Shown in pieces: positions 9,501-18,555 of a stretch of DNA of 64,000 nt (the first letter of the stretch is position 1; the number at the start of each line of letters is the position of its first letter). Source of the DNA: Spirochaetia bacterium. GTDB taxonomy: Bacteria > Spirochaetota > Spirochaetia > SP-2023. The notes under the pieces were generated by a model. It searched no databases. It was not told the DNA's origin and worked only from the letters and a program-made list of their open reading frames with translations. Where the stretch lies: positions 576,001 to 640,000 of the forward strand of contig OZ253665.1 of assembly GCA_965263295.1 (NCBI GenBank), given 5' to 3'. Made by a program: the position numbers and the translations under genes.

Positions 9501-10004
9501 AAACTGCTGCAAAGCGGGAGCGCCTGGGAAAAGATTCGCTTGCAACAGGGGGCATATGGGGTGCGGGTAAGGCAACAGAGCGGTTTTCTTTCATTGAGCA
9601 GTAGCCAAGATCCCGACGCTCTGCATAGTATGGAATTATTCCGCCAGGCCATCGTCGGGCTGCGCGAGCAGGCTGCGGAGCCTTCGGAAGAGTTTGGCCG
9701 AGAATTTGAGGCGGCCCTAGTGCAAGCTCTGGCAGCCAGACTTAAAGTACCATTGATCAGCCAGCATGCCCGCATTGCGCTGATTCAGGCAAAGACGGGA
9801 CTGGGACATGAGGACTCACGCAAATGGTTACAGCGGCTGCGTGAATTGCAGCCATTAGACCTTGTGCCGATCGCCGATTTTCTACTTGAGCAGTGGCCAC
9901 AGCGCAGCAACTGTATTTTTGCGGCCGGTGGCCGCATCGATACCAAGCGCTGTGGTGAATATGGCTTGAACCTTCAAGCTCGGCAACTAACGCGCTATAA
10001 GTAA
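6594..10004 (+). CDS. Insulinase family zinc peptidase (M16C, PreP/Cym1-like)
   Basis: GLAHIIEHTVFCGSRNYP (inverted HXXEH), FLNAMTYP, GIVFNEMRG and C-terminal WEKIRLQQGAYG. Confidence 0.92.
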   Translation: MPLTRPNAALTRQQGEILLSDFQNCRTSQRDQNQGQQIHRRFENELAALGAAHSFRLEYSESLTLPECPEEGALAASLCHRSGVRIYLVACESQESAFSYCFATPPQNDKGLAHIIEHTVFCGSRNYPLKEPFANLQKTSVCSFLNAMTYPEQTLYPAASSFAPDFLQLFKVYGDAVFFPLLEDQAFAQEGLRQAAQGLEGIVFNEMRGYYGDFDAYVADSSLRGLFPPGHPNSFDAGGDPRAIAQIDCRDYQELREFHRSHYRPQNCRIVMYGSIPRRHLTEILKYLDGELLSSFGDSAADIIQECPNWELPRRQKLYQAVPVEAAGERRRSVVLSWLLPPQCCARSSVEYRLLEELLLGNSGAVWELPIMRSGWGAELSLGSGLEFDLHDAVLRVGLSAYQPRDARDFHNLVLNALHEFCDRAEQLKKRLGKRPGEQPGVSSIPINSDENSHVNSDVNSKGVEASGIKVELKLLWEGALNSLEYEDYSLGESGGEDGICALERCLQLARASLFYVRGAASRSRPSAASVCAQTARLREVFAALQPSAVVASLRREGLAAFAAKVRGWTLDNPHWTLQLFEGVTAADGEEEIAVPLDLQLDAGRLAQRQKAFTAYQRRRDTLEQSARIVAMGRDEFDESPPLVEAEHYLDGDVEFFCSRQNAKASLIILDFYWEISDWKEERLRLLPLLLDLLDDMGLPGIGYAEVAKQKSLTIGSCEMGISLQRLFRAEAPPVGHADSEPDVAPLRSFVHVQLSFLPTEWRRGLALFWRLLSSCDWGDHRRLRELLQSLYYDRTQELCSNPLEYCARRSFYRLSRNSAVPLTQSARLQAQLDEYFYGLEQVELLVQICRQQDALPANFTGLQQALLQAPLSCAISAPVCEQGALRSSICEALAAARAVVPPNSQPHRDLPAGFALSPPVDLNAADLELWQGGIALEHLCIALPAPYWNYTGASPKVSATNPALELLVKLLQSGSAWEKIRLQQGAYGVRVRQQSGFLSLSSSQDPDALHSMELFRQAIVGLREQAAEPSEEFGREFEAALVQALAARLKVPLISQHARIALIQAKTGLGHEDSRKWLQRLRELQPLDLVPIADFLLEQWPQRSNCIFAAGGRIDTKRCGEYGLNLQARQLTRYK
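7932..8014. repeat. In-frame micro-repeat/palindromic insert within the M16 peptidase
   Basis: 4x 12-nt units (ataaattccgat, gaaaattcccac, gtaaattccgac, gtaaattctaaa) followed by 3x GTGGAA(TT), the partial reverse complement of the units. Confidence 0.7.
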
Positions 10005-10040
10005 TATATTTTCAGTAGGATTAGAAAACGGTCGGCCATT

Positions 10041-10065
10041 GCTCTGAATATATCACATTCAGAGC
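10041..10065. terminator. Hairpin downstream of the peptidase gene (terminator-like or operator)
   Basis: GCTCTGAAT-atatcac-ATTCAGAGC, a perfect 9-bp stem with no clear U-tract. Confidence 0.35.
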
Positions 10066-10260
10066 GGGGAGCTCAGGGTTTAAAATGGAACGGCTCACAA
10101 TTTTGCCAGAAACTCTATCCAAGTTTGCCGATTTTATTATAATCCCGGCTTTTTCTACTATGGATATAAAAAATTAAGCTGTCGGGTCCCCGGCTTTATT
10201 TTATTCATATCTATTTTATTTATAGTATTTTAAAACGGAATATAACGATGGGGAAATATT

Positions 10261-10914
10261 GTGTTTCAAAATCTGACGTATTATAGTTGCAAATTTTTTG
10301 CAACTATAAATTTTTACCGCAGCAATTGGGCTCACTCACTAGCTATCGGTTTTGGCTTTTTGCTTGGCACTATTCCGAGAGAAAGTGGTCTTTTAATATG
10401 GTTGCTGTTGGCTCTCGCGTGCTGGATTCCCATGAACCATTTAACAATGTTGCTTGTCGCTTTGTTCTGCAGTGTAGTCAAACCTGTTATTTTGCCTTTG
10501 CAAGTTGAAATCGGTAGTTGGCTCCTCGAAAATATGTTGTTTTACAATTTGTTTCGCCTGTTTGACAATTTGCCGCTACTGCCGTGGCTGCACTTAAACC
10601 GTGCCGACATTCTTGGGTCGCTGTGTCTCGGTCTGTCGCTGGGTTCACTTTTGGTACTGCTGAGCTTTAGTGTCTTTTCACCTATTGTCCGGCATGGAAG
10701 GCAGTCAATTCTAAAGGTTCACTGGCAGAAAATAATGCAGACTATTTCTCGTCATTTAGCCGGGCATTTGCCTCGGCTTCCAAACCTGCTGCAAAGCAAA
10801 AAGTTTCAGGAATTGCGTCACGAATACGTACAGGCAAGGAAGGCTTTGCTACTAGCTGAAACTGCCGAGGACTTGAATCTCGGCGAGAGCAACGGTAGCC
10901 CCGACTTCTTTTGA
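10261..10914 (+). CDS. TIGR03546/DUF2062-like membrane protein
   Basis: LAIGFGFLLGTIP...IGSWLL...LPLLPWLHLNRADILGSL pattern; its stop overlaps the start of the next gene, as in the usual TIGR03546-TIGR03545 pair. Confidence 0.75.
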   Translation: MFQNLTYYSCKFFATINFYRSNWAHSLAIGFGFLLGTIPRESGLLIWLLLALACWIPMNHLTMLLVALFCSVVKPVILPLQVEIGSWLLENMLFYNLFRLFDNLPLLPWLHLNRADILGSLCLGLSLGSLLVLLSFSVFSPIVRHGRQSILKVHWQKIMQTISRHLAGHLPRLPNLLQSKKFQELRHEYVQARKALLLAETAEDLNLGESNGSPDFF

Positions 10915-13166
10915 CAGGTAGAAGATTAATGAAAAAATTGGGGGACAGACTCTGGAATGGCGAGAATCGCCTGCGTAAAGCACATCGCGGATTACGCCGA
11001 TTGCGAGAAGGCCTAAATACCCGTGAGCTTGAAAAACAGTACCTGCGTTATTTGGATGCTGAAGATCAGCGCGGTGAGCTTTCTTCGTTTATGATGCCTG
11101 AAGGGCAGCTGGTTTTGCGACAGCGATTGCAAAAACGGGAATACCAGCACCTGCTGTATTTACTTAAAATTGTGCGGCGCAATCGTCAGCAAGTACATCA
11201 GGTATTGTTTTTCGTTGTGAGTACTGTTGCCGCCATCCTGGTTGTGGGGTTTGTCCTGTTGAAGAGTCCACTTTTGGCTGAGTTTCTAGAGAACCGTCTG
11301 GGGGAGGTTTTCGCTACTTCTGTGACGATCTATTCTCCTAGTTTGCATTGGAATGGTAAATTGGAATATGCGGGGATCAGTATTGCTCGACCTGAATTCT
11401 TTTCTCGTACTGCCGCAGAAGATGATAAGCTGTCCAATTTGCGCGAGACTACGGCCAACAGTATTATTGAGTTGGGTCCGGGTTCGTTAAAAATTTCGTT
11501 GTGGGCGCTTTTGCAAAATAAAATATTGTTAAATGATTTTTTAAGCCAATCTATTCAGTTGAAACCTTGGGTCAGTGAGCGGCAGAACGAATGGTCGGAT
11601 GTAGGTGAGCCACTTGGTGAAGTGAATGAATCAGAGAAAACACTGCCGGTAAATTTAGAAATAGATGGAATAATTCTTGATGCCAAGGAGAATTTTGCCA
11701 GTTATCAAAATGTCCAGCGTTTGGCCCGTGAATTTTCTGCGGGCAAGAACTGGAAGGGGCAGATCGTTCAAAATCAGCAACTAATCTCAGAAAACTATGG
11801 TCTGCTGAGTCAGGTGAATGTCAGCCGGGTAACTTTACAAAACGGTGAGAGTTTATTGCAGCAAGCCCGCGATTTATATGCCAGACTGCAGCAGCAGGTA
11901 AGTGATGTCAACGCTCAGCTGGGCGAGATGAATACTCAGTTGGGGAATGGCAATTATGTACTGAATTCTCTCAGCAGTACTTTTGAAAGTGATTTTAAGG
12001 CTTTGCAGAACGGCATCTTGAATGGCGATATTTTGCGGGCTCCGGTGGATTATTTGGCATGTTCTTACTTGCATAGGCATTTGCGGAATTTTGGTGAGAT
12101 CAGCTTATGGCTGGCGGCCGTGCTGCGTAATTTGCAACAGTATCGACGCGATGAGTTAATAGGTAATGCATATATTGGCCAGCGCAAGAAACTGAGTCCG
12201 GCATTCGTTCATTTTAATAATAACGTGATAACGCCCGAATATGAATTTTCGGCCATGCTATATCCAAAGTTTGCGGTAGAATATTTTGAAGCTGGGTTTG
12301 CAACTTTAAATGGTAGTGTCGGGGGGAATCTGAAGATTTCGACGCTGAGCAGTGATGGTGATGTCTGGCAGAGCCCTGTTGTGGCTGTGTATGACAGCCT
12401 TCAAGAAAATGAACACAATCAGCTGCAGTTGTTGTTTGAAAATCGCCAGCTGCCGGTCAGCCAGCTGCCACGTCACCCGCATGATTGCGATGTATTTGGA
12501 TTGGATATCTGTGCCGATAACAAGTTGTCTAAGGCTCATTTGCTGCGCAGTCAAAAAGAATTCATGGTGCCAGAGAGCTATTTTCATACCGCCAACCTCG
12601 GTTTTATTCACAGCTATAGAGCTACACTCAATTTAGAAGTGAATGTCAAATATGCCGCAGAGGCGGATATAAAAGAGGGCAAAAAGGAAGGGACCAGCCT
12701 TGAGGTGGAACTTGTGGCTGAGCTCCGGGATGCGATGCCCTATACCGATAGTGAGCTGAATGCTTTGCAGCAGGCTCTGGTGGCGATACTTTCGCAATAC
12801 CCTCTGCGAATTACGGCTCATTTCTTCCTGGACGAAGAAAAGCCAGAGTGGCTGCGGGATTTTAAAGTTGACAGTAACATTCAGGATATTTTAGTTTCGA
12901 CTCTGGGGGACAGGGAAGGAACAACGGGAGCTTGGCAAAATGCTATTTCCCAATTACGGCAGCGCCTGAATGGCGACTTAAGGGCCATAATGCAGCCTTT
13001 GCAGCAGAAGATTTCTGCACTCTATGATTACCGTTACCGCTTGCAACAGCAATCATACACACTGGCTCAGCAACAGAATAATGCTGAAGTGGCCCCAAGT
13101 TACATTGAGGGAGAGATGGAGCGACAACGTATATATTACCAGAGCCAGAATGCGCCCAACCCTTAA
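10911..13166 (+). CDS. TIGR03545-like envelope protein (TM anchor, AsmA-like beta segment, coiled coil)
   Basis: Single TM segment, LENRLGEVFATSVTI beta-rich region, central coiled coil and FKVDSNIQDIL near the C-terminus; adjacent to the TIGR03546-like gene. Start may be ATG 10929. Confidence 0.65.
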   Translation: MTGRRLMKKLGDRLWNGENRLRKAHRGLRRLREGLNTRELEKQYLRYLDAEDQRGELSSFMMPEGQLVLRQRLQKREYQHLLYLLKIVRRNRQQVHQVLFFVVSTVAAILVVGFVLLKSPLLAEFLENRLGEVFATSVTIYSPSLHWNGKLEYAGISIARPEFFSRTAAEDDKLSNLRETTANSIIELGPGSLKISLWALLQNKILLNDFLSQSIQLKPWVSERQNEWSDVGEPLGEVNESEKTLPVNLEIDGIILDAKENFASYQNVQRLAREFSAGKNWKGQIVQNQQLISENYGLLSQVNVSRVTLQNGESLLQQARDLYARLQQQVSDVNAQLGEMNTQLGNGNYVLNSLSSTFESDFKALQNGILNGDILRAPVDYLACSYLHRHLRNFGEISLWLAAVLRNLQQYRRDELIGNAYIGQRKKLSPAFVHFNNNVITPEYEFSAMLYPKFAVEYFEAGFATLNGSVGGNLKISTLSSDGDVWQSPVVAVYDSLQENEHNQLQLLFENRQLPVSQLPRHPHDCDVFGLDICADNKLSKAHLLRSQKEFMVPESYFHTANLGFIHSYRATLNLEVNVKYAAEADIKEGKKEGTSLEVELVAELRDAMPYTDSELNALQQALVAILSQYPLRITAHFFLDEEKPEWLRDFKVDSNIQDILVSTLGDREGTTGAWQNAISQLRQRLNGDLRAIMQPLQQKISALYDYRYRLQQQSYTLAQQQNNAEVAPSYIEGEMERQRIYYQSQNAPNP

Positions 13167-13237
13167 TTTTCCCTTTGAATACGTTGCAGATTACAGCCAT
13201 AGTTCCATGCAGAATGAAGCGCGAGTAGGAGCCTAAT

Positions 13238-14665
13238 ATGTCAGAGTTACAAACCCAAGACAATCGCAGAGTGGTGAACCGGTTTTTAAAAGAACAACAC
13301 CTGAGTTGTGGCCAGTTGGATTCCGAGAGCTTGCTTGTAGATTATTTGGCGGAAATGGAAAAAGGCTTGAAGTGTCCGCGCACATCTTCTTTAAAGATGA
13401 TACCAGCCTATGTCTCTGCAGATCGGACTTTGCGCCGTAATCAGCCCGCCCTAGTACTGGATGCGGGCGGAACGAACTTACGTTGTGCTTTGATTACGTT
13501 GCCCGATTCGGGTGAAACTTTGATAGAGCACTTCTCTAAACGTGAAATGCCGGCGTTGAGGCGCGAATTCAGTGCAGCGGAATTTTATGCGGAAATAGTC
13601 GAATTTATCGCAACGGCTTTGGAAAGTTACGCTCAGCGGTATCGCGGCCGCGGACCGCAATGTCTAGGCTTTTGTTTTTCTTATCCCACAAAGATTGTCA
13701 TGGCGGAGAACGGAGACCTGGACGGTAAGCTGCTGCAGTGGAGCAAAGAAATCAAGGTTCCGGAACTCGTGGGTCAATATGTCGGTCGGGGATTGCTGGC
13801 GTGCCTGCGCCAGCGCTTTGGCATTCTGGCTCCAGAGCATGTATATATTATTAACGATACGGTGGCTACTTTGCTCGCGGGACAGTCTGTGGCAGACGAT
13901 GCCGATTATTCCGATTTTATCGGTTACATCTTGGGCACCGGTATCAACAGTTGCTATGCCGAAGTTCGAGAGCAAATTGCGACGCTGGACGGCCGTTACG
14001 TCGATGCCCGTTCCATAATCAATGTAGAATCGGGTAATTACAGTCGTTTCCCACAGAGCCCGGTCGACCGTGAGTACGATGCCCTGACTCAGGCTCCGGG
14101 GGCTTATTTGCAGGAGAAAGCTTGCTCTGGGCGATATTGGGGTGAATTAGTGACTTGTGCTCTGCGCGCGGCCGCGCGTCATGGCATTCTGCCGGAAGCT
14201 TTAATTCATTTGCCTCTGCAGAGCAGTACCACGATGAATTCATTTCTGCATCATCCCGGCAAGCCTAGAGCCCGGCGCGTAACGACTTTCAGTCCGCTAG
14301 AAGCCTGGCTGGAAGAACATCGCGTGGACATAAATGCTCGTGAACGCATTTATTTTATTACAAAATCTATACTTGAGCGAAGTGCTTTGTTTACGGCTAC
14401 AAATATGGCAGCCTGTATTTTGCGTTCGGGCGGGGGGCTTTCCCCGCTGCGACCTATTTGCCTGACGGTGGATGGAGCAACTTTCTATGCTTTGCATCAT
14501 TTTGAGCGCCAGGTGGCTTACTGGTTGGATCAGATATTATCTGAAAGTAAGCACCGCAAGCGTTATTACCGCATTAAGCGGGTTGAAAATGCCCCCTTGT
14601 TGGGCGCCGCGATAGCGGCCTTGGGTTTTGCGCCGGGTTTTGCATCGGATTTCGCCCCACAGTAG
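13238..14665 (+). CDS. Hexokinase (eukaryote-type hexokinase family)
   Basis: LKMIPAYV, VLDAGGTNLR, LGFCFSYP, LQWSKE, INDTVATL, ILGTGINSCY, EKACSGRY. Confidence 0.93.
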   Translation: MSELQTQDNRRVVNRFLKEQHLSCGQLDSESLLVDYLAEMEKGLKCPRTSSLKMIPAYVSADRTLRRNQPALVLDAGGTNLRCALITLPDSGETLIEHFSKREMPALRREFSAAEFYAEIVEFIATALESYAQRYRGRGPQCLGFCFSYPTKIVMAENGDLDGKLLQWSKEIKVPELVGQYVGRGLLACLRQRFGILAPEHVYIINDTVATLLAGQSVADDADYSDFIGYILGTGINSCYAEVREQIATLDGRYVDARSIINVESGNYSRFPQSPVDREYDALTQAPGAYLQEKACSGRYWGELVTCALRAAARHGILPEALIHLPLQSSTTMNSFLHHPGKPRARRVTTFSPLEAWLEEHRVDINARERIYFITKSILERSALFTATNMAACILRSGGGLSPLRPICLTVDGATFYALHHFERQVAYWLDQILSESKHRKRYYRIKRVENAPLLGAAIAALGFAPGFASDFAPQ

Positions 14666-14772
14666 GTTTTTACAAAAAAATAAATTTTTGTGAAATCACT
14701 GTACGGACTGGCAGGCTTTGCACTATAGTAAGCTGTTACAAACAGATAAATATTAAACTAAATGGTAATACA

Positions 14773-16080
14773 ATGTTAGACCTGAAATTTGTGGTACAGA
14801 ATGCCGAAGCGGTGCAGCGCAATGTTGATAACCGTTTTTTGACTCACCCGCCGGCGATTGACGAAATAGTCCGGCTTCATCAAGAGCACCGTCATTTAAA
14901 GTTGGAACTTGAGGAACTGCGTCAGCGGCGCAATGAAAATGCGGCGGCGGCCAAAAATCTGGGCAAGATGAGCCCCGCGCAGCGTGAGCTTGCCCGGCAG
15001 GGCATAACTGAACAAGGTAAGGAAATTAAAGGGATTTTAGCGGAGAAAGAGCTACGTTTCCAAAAACTGGACGAAAGCTTGCGGCAACAGGCCCGCATGC
15101 TGCCGAATATGACTCACCCGGATGTTCCTGTGGGCAAAGGAGATACCGGTAACAGGGAGCTTTATATTGTTGGCGAGCGCCCTGAGTTTGGCTTTAGTCC
15201 CAAGGGCCACCTTGAGCTAATGCAGGAAAATGATTGGATAGATTTTGAGAGCGCGGCACGAGTCACGGGGGCTAAATACTACTACTTAAAAAATGACGCC
15301 GTTTTTCTGGAAATGTCTCTGACCCGTTTTGCTGCGGATGTTTTGAAAAAACATGGTTTTTCCATGTGCATAACACCGGATCTAGCTCGCGAAGAGATTC
15401 TGAGCGGGATCGGGTTCCAGCCGCGCGGCGCGGAATCCAACACTTATATGTTGCAAGACGATAATTTATGCTTGATTGGTACGGCTGAAATAACCTTGGG
15501 GGGGATGTACAGTGGTCAAATTGTCGACGTTGCCGACAAAGCGATCATGCTAGGTGGGTTCTCGCATTGCTTCCGCAAGGAGTCCGGGGCTTCGGGCCAG
15601 TATTCTAAGGGCTTGTATCGCGTCCATCAGTTCAGCAAGGTGGAAATGTTTATTTTTTGCAGGCCAGATGAATCGGAGGCCATGCATCAGAAATTATTAG
15701 CTATTGAAGAAGAAATATTTCAGGCCCTGGAAATTCCCTATCGTGTGCTGGATATCTGTAGCGGAGATCTGGGAGCGCCGGCCTACCGCAAGTACGACCT
15801 GGAAGCCTGGATGCCGGGACGCGGGCGCGGTGGAGAATGGGGTGAAATTACTTCAGCTTCTAACTGTACTGACTATCAAGCCCGGCGTCTTGGGATCCGC
15901 TACCGCGACGAAGAAGGCCAAAATGTTTTGGTCCATACTTTAAATGGAACGGCTGTCGCCCTCTCACGCGCGGTGATTGCCATTGTCGAAAATCATCAGC
16001 AAGCAGATGCTTCGGTTTGTATTCCCGCTGCGTTACAGCCGTATATGGGTTGTGGTCGGATTGGGCCCCATAATAAATAG
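14773..16080 (+). CDS. serS: Serine--tRNA ligase
   Basis: N-terminal coiled arm, LIGTAEITL, HCFRKE, GLYRVHQFSKVE, EITSASNCTDYQARR, HTLNGT. Confidence 0.98.
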   Translation: MLDLKFVVQNAEAVQRNVDNRFLTHPPAIDEIVRLHQEHRHLKLELEELRQRRNENAAAAKNLGKMSPAQRELARQGITEQGKEIKGILAEKELRFQKLDESLRQQARMLPNMTHPDVPVGKGDTGNRELYIVGERPEFGFSPKGHLELMQENDWIDFESAARVTGAKYYYLKNDAVFLEMSLTRFAADVLKKHGFSMCITPDLAREEILSGIGFQPRGAESNTYMLQDDNLCLIGTAEITLGGMYSGQIVDVADKAIMLGGFSHCFRKESGASGQYSKGLYRVHQFSKVEMFIFCRPDESEAMHQKLLAIEEEIFQALEIPYRVLDICSGDLGAPAYRKYDLEAWMPGRGRGGEWGEITSASNCTDYQARRLGIRYRDEEGQNVLVHTLNGTAVALSRAVIAIVENHQQADASVCIPAALQPYMGCGRIGPHNK

Positions 16081-16115
16081 GTGTTTCAGAGGTAAGTGCA
16101 GCGGATAATTGTGGA

Positions 16116-16811
16116 TTGCAATTTGATATGGGAGAAAAGGACAAGGATCGGAAGCTAAACATTGAGTCGGCTAGTCCAGATGATGTCGCCATGACATCTT
16201 GCTCGCAAACGGCGCCAGGCGGCTCCAATTTCGATATGGCTGTCGCATTAAAAATGTATCCTCCTGGTTTGCAAGGTCGGTCTGCAGGCATAAAGTATAC
16301 GGAGTGCCCTGGCCGGCAAAAGCAGCGGCGCGTAAAGCCAAGTAATTCCCAATTACGCCAGATAGAAGCTCCTTTTGGTGCTAGCGAGCGTGAAAATTAT
16401 GCCCATATCCTGCGGCATTACTCTCCCAGTGCCGAAGACCTTAAAGCAAAAGGCATGGTAACGGAGCATGCTGTGTGTGCGGGCAGGAGCAAAGGCCATC
16501 GCCGTCGCCAAGAGCTTAGGCGACGTAATATTGATGACGTGATAGATTTGCATGGTCTGTATCGGCAAGAAGCCCAAAAACGGCTGGAATCCTTCTTGCG
16601 AGATGCCCGGACCAGAGGCCTGCGTAAGGTTTGCATTGTACATGGCAAGGGACATCATTCCGCTAAAGGACGGGGAGTCCTACAAAGGCTAGTCTGCGAC
16701 TTTCTACATGAATACAAGGCTGCAGGCAAGGTTTTAGAATTTCATCATCCCCCCGAACGAGATGGCGGGAACGGTGCGACGATCGCCGTATTAGGGCGCA
16801 ATGTTAAGTGA
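16116..16811 (+). CDS. Smr (small MutS-related) domain protein
   Basis: IDLHGL...VCIVHGKGHHS...GGNGAT. Confidence 0.9.
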   Translation: MQFDMGEKDKDRKLNIESASPDDVAMTSCSQTAPGGSNFDMAVALKMYPPGLQGRSAGIKYTECPGRQKQRRVKPSNSQLRQIEAPFGASERENYAHILRHYSPSAEDLKAKGMVTEHAVCAGRSKGHRRRQELRRRNIDDVIDLHGLYRQEAQKRLESFLRDARTRGLRKVCIVHGKGHHSAKGRGVLQRLVCDFLHEYKAAGKVLEFHHPPERDGGNGATIAVLGRNVK

Positions 16812-16979
16812 TTTTCAATTAAATCTTTTTTATGTAACATTATAACTTATTTTTAGGCGGAAAGCATTGATATAAAAGGCTCTTTGTTCTAAAAAAATAT
16901 GTTTTTCGATAAAATTTGTTGCTTAGCTCCGAGCTTCCCCACTATACTTGCTTCATAACAAAAACAAAGGAGTTTCCTT

Positions 16980-17252
16980 ATGAATAAAAAAGAACTTATT
17001 GAAGACATGGCGAAAAAATCCGGTCTTTCTCGCGGGAACTGCGAAAAAGCTTTGGCGGCTTTTCAGGATTCCGTGATCGGAGCTTTGAAAAAAAATAGCA
17101 GCGTTACACTGGTCGGCTTTGGAACTTTTAAAGTCGTTTCACGTGCTTCTCGTCAGGGACGTAACCCTTCTACTGGCGAAACCCTGACAATTACAGCTCG
17201 CAAAGTTGCCAAGTTTGTCGTCGGTAAAACTCTCAAAGACATCATTAAATAA
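16980..17252 (+). CDS. hup: HU family DNA-binding protein
   Basis: MNKKELIE, VTLVGFGTF, RQGRNPSTGE; AAGGAG RBS. Confidence 0.96.
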   Translation: MNKKELIEDMAKKSGLSRGNCEKALAAFQDSVIGALKKNSSVTLVGFGTFKVVSRASRQGRNPSTGETLTITARKVAKFVVGKTLKDIIK

Positions 17253-17352
17253 ATTTCTGTTTTACTCCAGTCTCTGTTCTGGCAATTTTTACGGCAGCTT
17301 GAGCTGGAGACATTACAGTGTGGAGAGGGAGGACATCATTTAAGGTATTTAT

Positions 17353-18348
17353 TTGTCAATGAAAGATGAATGGTCTAATGTCCTGCCTGTGTATGGTCTG
17401 CGTTATCATGTGGCTTGGCTGTTTGTTTGTATCATTTCATTTACTTTTATCGTGCTGTTATTTAGCTATCAAATTATCGAGTATTGGATTTATCGCAATG
17501 ACAAGTTGACGACAGCTCAGCAAGATGACCTGACCGATCTTATCCGTCCTCTAGGCTCTTTTCGTTTGGATGGCCCCTTTCTGCGTTGGCAGCAGAAGTT
17601 TCGCAGCTCTGCTTGGCTGTGGCGGCAATATCACGATAAAACAGAAGATCACCCGGTTAAAAGGCTCTACAAAGAAGGTTCTGAGCCTTTATTTTATTAT
17701 TCCGAGCGAAATCCCCTGCAAATCTTGCTGGTAGGTGATTCGTTGGCCGAATCGATACAATTAAGTTTAAGTCCTCTATTGAGCCGTATTCCTAGTGTCA
17801 GTTTAAAGTCTAATGCCATAGTTTCATCAACTCTGACAAACAAGCATTTTGTCGATTGGCCTAAAACTTTGCGGCAGCTGCTTGGTCAGCGGCACTATGA
17901 TCTTGTCCTGGTGTTCATAGGAGCTAACAGCTGTCAGGCTGTTCGCAATGATGATGGAACGATTGTAGGATATGGTTCTAAAGCCTGGGAAAAGGCTTAT
18001 GGCGACAGGATTCGTGACTTCATTCAGCTGATTAAAGGAGAAGGGGCTGCGACCTGGTGGTTGATTAATCCGCAGATGTTAAAGCCAGATTATCAAAGAT
18101 GTATGGCCTCGATTAGTAAAGTTCAGCGTCAGGTTGGCCAGGAGTTGGCGGATGAAATCATTGAAACGGCACCAATTGTGGGGGCAGACGATGGTGGTTA
18201 TGCACAAAGTAAGGTTATTGACGGCAAGGTCTATTCATTGCGAAGTAGAGATGGAGTTCATTTTACTATTGAAGGTAGTCGCCTAGTAAGCGAAGAGATT
18301 CTACTGCGTATATATCAGCGTTATAAAATTCGTTCAAGTATGAATTGA
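17353..18348 (+). CDS. SGNH/GDSL hydrolase, DUF459-like, membrane anchored
   Basis: LLVGDSLA (block I), VFIGANS (block III), RSRDGVHFT (DxxH); N-terminal TM segment. Confidence 0.85.
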   Translation: MSMKDEWSNVLPVYGLRYHVAWLFVCIISFTFIVLLFSYQIIEYWIYRNDKLTTAQQDDLTDLIRPLGSFRLDGPFLRWQQKFRSSAWLWRQYHDKTEDHPVKRLYKEGSEPLFYYSERNPLQILLVGDSLAESIQLSLSPLLSRIPSVSLKSNAIVSSTLTNKHFVDWPKTLRQLLGQRHYDLVLVFIGANSCQAVRNDDGTIVGYGSKAWEKAYGDRIRDFIQLIKGEGAATWWLINPQMLKPDYQRCMASISKVQRQVGQELADEIIETAPIVGADDGGYAQSKVIDGKVYSLRSRDGVHFTIEGSRLVSEEILLRIYQRYKIRSSMN

Positions 18349-18555
18349 AATGTTCTAATGGTATCAAAGGGTATTGTCTCCTAATATAAGAGGCAGTTTT
18401 GTGCGTGAAGTTTATGAGGATAAAGCTGGTCATTAAGTTTTATTTAAGCGTCATTTTATCGCTTTGGCAAACAAGGAGATTTATTTCTTGAATAATAAAG
18501 ATTATTGTCTTATTAAATGTGCCTATTTTAACTGTAAAGAATTTGTAGATTCCTG

